A stretch of 64,000 bases of DNA from Acidobacteriota bacterium (GTDB lineage Bacteria; Acidobacteriota; UBA6911; RPQK01; JAJDTT01): assembly GCA_965209055.1 (NCBI GenBank), contig OZ242374.1, positions 1,536,001 to 1,600,000 of the forward strand, given 5' to 3'. The translations under genes and the position numbers were made by a program. The notes below the pieces were generated by a model that made no database searches, was not told the DNA's origin, and worked only from the letters and a program-made list of their open reading frames with translations. Numbering within the stretch: the stretch's first letter is position 1; every line of letters begins with the position of its first letter. This document shows positions 59,268-64,000 of this stretch, in pieces.

Positions 59268-59555
59268 TCATACCTTATCGGTATTGCGTCGCTGGCGTCG
59301 TATGATCTGCTCGTAGTCTTCCTTGGACAACTTACATTGAGCTAGAGCGCGAAACTCTTTACTGGACAAGCCAATTTGTCGCCCGGCCCTATCAATGGGC
59401 ACCGATTTTTTGTTCGATCCTCGGAGAAGCCCATATTGGCCGGAAGGCTGTCCATCAACCCTCGGCCTCACAAAATCATGACTACGCTTGGGCACTATTG
59501 GGGCATCCAGCTTTTCAGCAACAATCCTTCCGTGCTCTGTCGTGAGCCTCCTCAC
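59268..59555 (-). CDS. HicA-like small basic toxin candidate
   Basis: GTGA-coupled to upstream gene; KL...KRSHDF..VDG, QIGLSSKEF..L.QC.LSKEDY pattern. Confidence 0.55.
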   Translation of the reverse strand: MRRLTTEHGRIVAEKLDAPIVPKRSHDFVRPRVDGQPSGQYGLLRGSNKKSVPIDRAGRQIGLSSKEFRALAQCKLSKEDYEQIIRRQRRNTDKV

Positions 59556-60097
59556 GCGCTCCGCCTCACATACTGTCGGAGCACCTCCAACTGGTCTTCT
59601 AGGTGACCGGTGAGTTGGTCTTCCTCTGCCTCGTTGCACTCCAGCATGTTCAGAATTTCTGTCCGCAATCCTTCAAGAGCCTTCTCATGGCCCTCGGCTA
59701 CCCAACAGATGTTGGCTTCATCGAATGACGCCATGACATCGTTCGCTGCGTAGTAGGTATATGCGACAGGTATAGGCTCCCGAACCTCGTACGGTTCATC
59801 GGGAAACTCGGTCAACGGTCCCAGTCGGACCGCAGCCGTAGCATCAAAACTCCACCGGGTTTCGGACACGCGAGTTTGCAGTGGAAGGGAGCCGCTTACA
59901 AACGGGGAATTGATGTGAACTGACCGGGTGATTTCCACATTGGTGACTCTTTTCCATGGGTCGAATTCAACGGATTGTTCGGCGGGTGACCAGGAAACGA
60001 TTGCCTCATGAGGAGGAAGCGTCCCGACGCGATGAGGAGGTATCGTCCTGATACTCCTCTCGATCCATTTCTCTGATGGCCTTTCTTCTGGCGTCAT
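59552..60097 (-). CDS. HicB-like antitoxin candidate with N-terminal extension
   Basis: C-terminal PYEVREPIPV...ASFDEANI...EG..KALEGLRTEI resembles the HicB RNase H-like domain; start uncertain. Confidence 0.55.
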   Translation of the reverse strand: MTPEERPSEKWIERSIRTIPPHRVGTLPPHEAIVSWSPAEQSVEFDPWKRVTNVEITRSVHINSPFVSGSLPLQTRVSETRWSFDATAAVRLGPLTEFPDEPYEVREPIPVAYTYYAANDVMASFDEANICWVAEGHEKALEGLRTEILNMLECNEAEEDQLTGHLEDQLEVLRQYVRRSA

Positions 60098-60431
60098 CGA
60101 GTAGCTTGTCGTAGTTGTCTGCATGCTCCGTGAACCAATCTGCAAAGGATCGTAGTCGCTCGGTTGGGATGAGAACCGTAGTGCAAATTCTTCGTGTGGC
60201 GAAATAGTCCTCGCCATAGCGTGACTGCTCCTCATTGGTTCCGTCCTCCTTCTGGACCATTGCGGTCTCTTGTTGGTCTGGCATAACACCCAGCTCATTG
60301 TAAAAACTCGCGCGCAGACATCCTCCGGGTGTGAGACCCCCAACAATTCCGGCAGCCCATTGCACCCGATGTTCAGGGTCGTAATCCCAGACAATCTTCA
60401 AACTGTTGCCTTCAGCCTTCGCTTCCGCCAT
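60006..60431 (-). CDS. DUF3467-like protein
   Basis: P.HRV.WA.GIVGGLTP.G.L..SFYNE...RRI...V.I.....SFADW pattern. Confidence 0.6.
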   Translation of the reverse strand: MAEAKAEGNSLKIVWDYDPEHRVQWAAGIVGGLTPGGCLRASFYNELGVMPDQQETAMVQKEDGTNEEQSRYGEDYFATRRICTTVLIPTERLRSFADWFTEHADNYDKLLDDARRKAIREMDREEYQDDTSSSRRDASSS

Positions 60432-60609
60432 ATCCAGATCCTTTCGAAAACCTTTCCCTTTCCTCTGGTAACTTTCTTTGGTCCAGTAGAATTATAGGGA
60501 AAATTGGCCATTGCAAGCGGCAGAACGCGATCACTATAGCGTACTGTGGAATGAGGCGTAAGTGTTTCGGTGCGGAACCCACCTGCGAGTCAGCAGTTCC
60601 TCAGACACA

Positions 60610-60740
60610 TCACATCGGCAACAGTTGGTCCACCGACCACACCGAGCCCGCCAGTCCCGCCTCCATCGCCGGGGTGCATGAGAGCGTTCGATGGATGCGA
60701 CCGAAGTTATACCAGAAGAAGTGCAGGGACAACGCCGCCC
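60610..60740 (-). pseudogene. IS1-family transposase C-terminal remnant
   Basis: AALSLHFFWYNFGRIHRTLSCTPAMEAGLAGSVWSVDQLL. Confidence 0.75.
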
Positions 60741-60838
60741 GCTTCCTGAGGGCCTCCAGCCGTTGCTCGTGGATGTCAGGGACGCTCATGCGTCCCATCT
60801 TGCCCGTCAGGGGTGTCATTTGTGGCCTTCCCGCCAGG
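60741..60838 (+). repeat. ~97-bp direct repeat, copy 1 (copy 2 at 62766-62862)
   Basis: GCTTCCTGAGGGCCT..AGCCGTTGCTCGTGGATGTCAGGGACGCTCATGCGTCCCATCT.GCCCGTC...CCTTCCCGCMAGG. Confidence 0.85.
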
Positions 60839-60844
60839 GATATT

Positions 60845-61040
60845 TTGGAAGGGAGCGACCCCCCCAGGGGGTGCTGCGCAAATGTGAATGGCGCAACACC
60901 CCCGCGCCCGCACCGGGCAGGAAAAAGGGGGGGTCGCTCCCGTCCACCTCCGCTTTTCCCGTGCGGGCGCGGCGAAGCTGGGAATGCGGCCGCAACTGAT
61001 TGAGCGAAAAAGAGATCGGGGAAATCGGATTTGTGAATCG
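60845..61040 (+). repeat. Structured motif, copy C (inverted relative to copy A)
   Basis: Near-identical to reverse complement of 47318-47515. Confidence 0.8.
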
Positions 61041-61320
61041 CCGGGACCGCTTTTTGTGAATCCACCCCCAATGTCCCATTCACACTCCCGGACCGGCACG
61101 AGACCCCCTTTGCGCCCAGCCGAAACGAGTCGTTGTGAACCCTTGCGACTGCCAAGTGCGGAACTATGTCCGCGACACCGTTCCGCAGCGTTTGCAATTC
61201 TGCCCGCCTAGCCCGACCCGAGCGTCTCGCCATCCGGCACAGGTTCGCTCGAAGCTCTTGGGCGCCTGGATCGGTTCGGGTGTCCAGCATCCTGAATCGC
61301 CAAGGCCCAGAGAATATTGG

Positions 61321-61740
61321 TCACTCGTCCTTGACCTCGGCTTGGAGGATCACCGCGGCCTCGCTTCCGCCGAACCTGGACTTGAATACGGTCATCCCGG
61401 CGAACTCGTACTCCGGCGGCGCTTCGTTCATTTCCTGTTGCATCGTGCCGGTCCGGCTGGTCGCGAGCAATATGTAGCGGTAGCGCCGGCCCTCGGGGTC
61501 CAGCGTCATGATGACGACGACTTCGCTGCCGCCAAAAGCAGTCTCGCCTCCTTGCGTGCCGACGAAGCGGTAGCCTCGCGCACCGGCTTCGTTGAGTTCC
61601 TTTTGCATGGTGCCGGTCCGGCTGGTGGCCAGCAGCAGGAACCTGTCCGGCTGCTCGGCCTCCTTTTCTGCGGCGAGAAGATTCGTGGCGAAAAGCACCA
61701 GGGCGAACGTGATGCAGGTGCGGATCATGGTCATGGTCAT
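61321..61740 (-). CDS. Secreted small protein with internal duplication (DUF4177-like repeats)
   Basis: GGAGGA SD, signal peptide, two copies of LLATSRTGTMQxExNEA..Y.F.G. Confidence 0.75.
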   Translation of the reverse strand: MTMTMIRTCITFALVLFATNLLAAEKEAEQPDRFLLLATSRTGTMQKELNEAGARGYRFVGTQGGETAFGGSEVVVIMTLDPEGRRYRYILLATSRTGTMQQEMNEAPPEYEFAGMTVFKSRFGGSEAAVILQAEVKDE

Positions 61741-61859
61741 TCCTCCTGTTGGCGCCGGCCAAGCATTGGACGGGTTCGGTGGTGTCAGCATAAACGGCTT
61801 ACCACAAATAATGGGAATTCTATCAGCGTGCAGGTGGGGCGTAGCGTAGCTTGGAGCAC

Positions 61860-62293
61860 TCTATGGCCGCCAGCGAACCGGTCTTCAGTTCGACCGGAAA
61901 CACGACGGCAAGGGCGCTTTCGATGGTATCCCCGGTGGAATCCAGCTTCCTCCCGAGCATCATCCAACTTCCTTTCCTTGCAAAACGGCCCGATCCACGC
62001 ACCGATTCCCTGTATGGCGTCCACGATGCCACCGGTCCCGGCCTGTCCGTCCTCGTGCTGCAACATCAGCGAGTTTTCCGTGGCCGAAAGGAACCGGCTC
62101 TTGATCGGGTCAGAAGCTCCTTGGTCGTACAGCCGCACGTAGGTCTCCCTGTCCGGCTTCACATCCCGCGCTCCGGACCCGTCGGGCATGTGCCGCGTCA
62201 CACCGCCGGCAGGCTGGCCAGAAGCAACAAGGCCAGCAGCAGCACCAAGGTGATCCTGTATTGCCGCTCATCGTTATTGGAGAGTGTTCTCAT
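61860..62293 (-). pseudogene. Frameshifted secreted protein remnant
   Basis: GGAGG SD + MRTLSNNDERQYRITLVLLLALLLLASLP, then stop; protein-like sequence continues in another frame (TRHMPDG..VKPDRETYVRLYD). Confidence 0.4.
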
Positions 62294-62765
62294 GAAACCT
62301 CCTCCTGGGGAATCGTCTGGACGGATTCGGATATCGGTGTTGCGCCGGTTGGCGGAAACCAGTGGAGCAGGTCGGGGCGTGACACGAACAAACAGTGTGG
62401 GACGCCCCGCAGACCGTCCTCACACCCACGGTCTAGAACCGGCCGTCGTGGATAGCCATCGCCATCATGTCGGTGCGGGACACCCAGCCTCATCGGTGTC
62501 CTGAAGTCTCCGGGACCTCTCCCTCTAACCAGTACAACGTCTGGAATCGGGATCGGTCACAGACTATTTTTGATGGCTCTGTTTTCGGAGGCGATTAGAG
62601 GGGGGCACGATGGCTCAAGGGAGCTTCACTGATCCTGTCCCTTGGTCCTGGAGATTCTGGGCAGCGCCGGATAAAGGCGGGCATCGATGCGCTGCTAGAC
62701 GAGCTTGGCTCGATTCAACCGAGTTGCGACGTTCGAACGGGAGGCACGCAGCCTCTCCACCGTCG

Positions 62766-62862
62766 GCTTCCTGAGGGCCTTTAGCCGTTGCTCGTGGATG
62801 TCAGGGACGCTCATGCGTCCCATCTGGCCCGTCTCGGATATCATTTATGCCTTCCCGCAAGG
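62766..62862 (+). repeat. ~97-bp direct repeat, copy 2, abutting the second integrase leader
   Basis: Matches 60741-60838. Confidence 0.85.
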
Positions 62863-63024
62863 AATGTCGTAATAAATCAGCTACATCGTCCAGATAAGTC
62901 CAGTATGGTTCATAAGTGTTTGTATTAGATTGGTTTACCACTAGACCAGGCATCCGACCTTGTCCCATGCCGACCCGCTCCGTCCCCTTGCATCCACCAT
63001 TCTGTGGTATGTATAGTGGTAGGT

Positions 63025-64000
63025 ATGACACTTATAAAACGACCCCCGAAACGCAAGCCGCGCGGCCAGCATCCCCTCAATGCCCTGACCCCGGCCTTTG
63101 TCCGCAACGTGAACCAGGCCGGACGCTATTGCGATGGCCACGGGCTCTATCTCGACGTCCGCCCCACGGGCAGCCGGGGCTGGATCCAGCGTCTCACCAT
63201 TCGTGGCCGCCGAACCGAGCTCGGGCTCGGCGGATTCCCCCTCGTCTCGCTCAAGGAAGCGCGCGAGAAGGCGTTCGCCAACCGGAAGCTAGCCCGCGAC
63301 GGGGGCGACTCCCGGGCCGAGAAACGGCGGGCCGAGTCGATGCCCAGCTTCGCGGACGCCGCCCAGGCGGTCTGGAAGCAACTGCGGCCGGGCTGGCGCT
63401 CCCCCCGGCATGCACGGCTCTGGCTGAGAAGCCTGGAGCGCCACGTCCTGCCTCATATCGGAAAGATACCGATTGCGCAGGTGACGAGCGCGGACGTGAT
63501 CGGGATTCTGGCTCCGATCTGGCACGAGAAGGCCGCCACCGCCCGGAAGCTCCGCCAGCGCATTCGCGCGGTCCTGGAGTGGGCCGTGGCGATGGATCTT
63601 CGGCCCGACAACCCGTGCGACCGGATCGGCCCGGTGCTTGGTGCGCAGGGGAAAGCCGTGCGTCACATGCGGGCGTTGCCTCACGGGGAGGTTGCGTCTG
63701 CACTCCGGACGGTGCGGGCATCGAACAAGCGGCCGGTGGTGAAGCTGGCGTTCGAGTTCCTGGTGCTGACGGCGACGCGCTCCGGCGAGGTCCGGGAGGC
63801 GGTCTGGACGGAGATCGACCGGAACCAGGGCGTGTGGACCATCCCCGCCGGACGCATGAAGGGGTATCGGGAACACCGGGTCCCGCTAACCCGCCCTGCG
63901 TTGGAGATCCTCAGGGAGGCGAAGGTGCTCGGTCGGGGCAACCGGCTCGTTTTTCCCAGAGTGAGCGGGAAGCCACTGGGGAGGACCGCCATGTCGGAAC
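63025..64000 (+). CDS. Second P4-type tyrosine integrase (3' truncated by window edge; absent from ORF track)
   Basis: Manual translation: MTLIKRPPKRKPRGQHPLNALTPAFVR..AGRYCDGHGLYL..ELGLGGFPLVSLKEAR...LTATRSGEVR..W.EID...WTIPAGRMK..REHRVPL. Confidence 0.93.
   Translation, partial: MTLIKRPPKRKPRGQHPLNALTPAFVRNVNQAGRYCDGHGLYLDVRPTGSRGWIQRLTIRGRRTELGLGGFPLVSLKEAREKAFANRKLARDGGDSRAEKRRAESMPSFADAAQAVWKQLRPGWRSPRHARLWLRSLERHVLPHIGKIPIAQVTSADVIGILAPIWHEKAATARKLRQRIRAVLEWAVAMDLRPDNPCDRIGPVLGAQGKAVRHMRALPHGEVASALRTVRASNKRPVVKLAFEFLVLTATRSGEVREAVWTEIDRNQGVWTIPAGRMKGYREHRVPLTRPALEILREAKVLGRGNRLVFPRVSGKPLGRTAMSE

Larger units (their letters stand above)
44565..64000. mobile_element. Composite genomic island integrated at tRNA-Phe (right end not in window)
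   Basis: Integrase directly after tRNA, second integrase at 63025, defence/TA cargo, IS remnants, visibly lower GC at about 48.6-56 kb. Confidence 0.85.

Noticed and set aside
59552-60394. Full 280-aa version of the HicB-like ORF
   Set aside because: The upstream part overlaps almost the whole DUF3467-like gene in another frame; a later start is more plausible.
60610-61290. 226-aa ORF
   Set aside because: A chimera reading through motif C and the direct repeat into an IS1 remnant; only the last ~43 codons are protein-like.
44565-64000. attR duplication of the tRNA-Phe 3' end
   Set aside because: No clear copy of TTCGATTCCGTCCCCCGGCACC found in the window, so the island's right end is undefined.
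1-64000. CRISPR array or cas genes
   Set aside because: No regularly spaced direct repeats with unique spacers; the repeats seen are palindromic REPs or dispersed motifs.

Overview
GC-rich bacterial chromosomal window, most consistent with an Acidobacteriota-like organism (inferred from gene repertoire, not confirmed). Bases 1-44.5 kb are mostly housekeeping: ETF-QO, cstA, TPR/FG-GAP/ASPIC protein, bactofilin, rnc, thiL, tlyA-ispA-xseBA, accD-folC, acyl-CoA carboxylase cluster, transaldolase, ligA, lysC-dapBAD, iscSU and hsp20. An AT-rich DnaA-box cluster at about 35.5-35.7 kb looks like oriC without a neighbouring dnaA. A composite genomic island starts at tRNA-Phe (44492-44564) and runs off the right edge. 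It holds two P4-type tyrosine integrases, a relaxase-like ORF and three copies of an unannotated, highly structured non-coding motif. It also holds a co-oriented defence cluster (HigBA, EcoRI-like MTase, DUF262-HNH, SIR2, and a ~1210-aa protein with a C-terminal PD-(D/E)XK-like nuclease), an island HU/IHF gene, a DUF3467-like/HicB-like/HicA-like triad and IS remnants. The best novelty candidates are the SIR2 plus giant-nuclease pair, the tripartite HicAB-like module, and the structured motif with its 13-bp junction. All family calls come from motif recognition by eye; no database searches were run.
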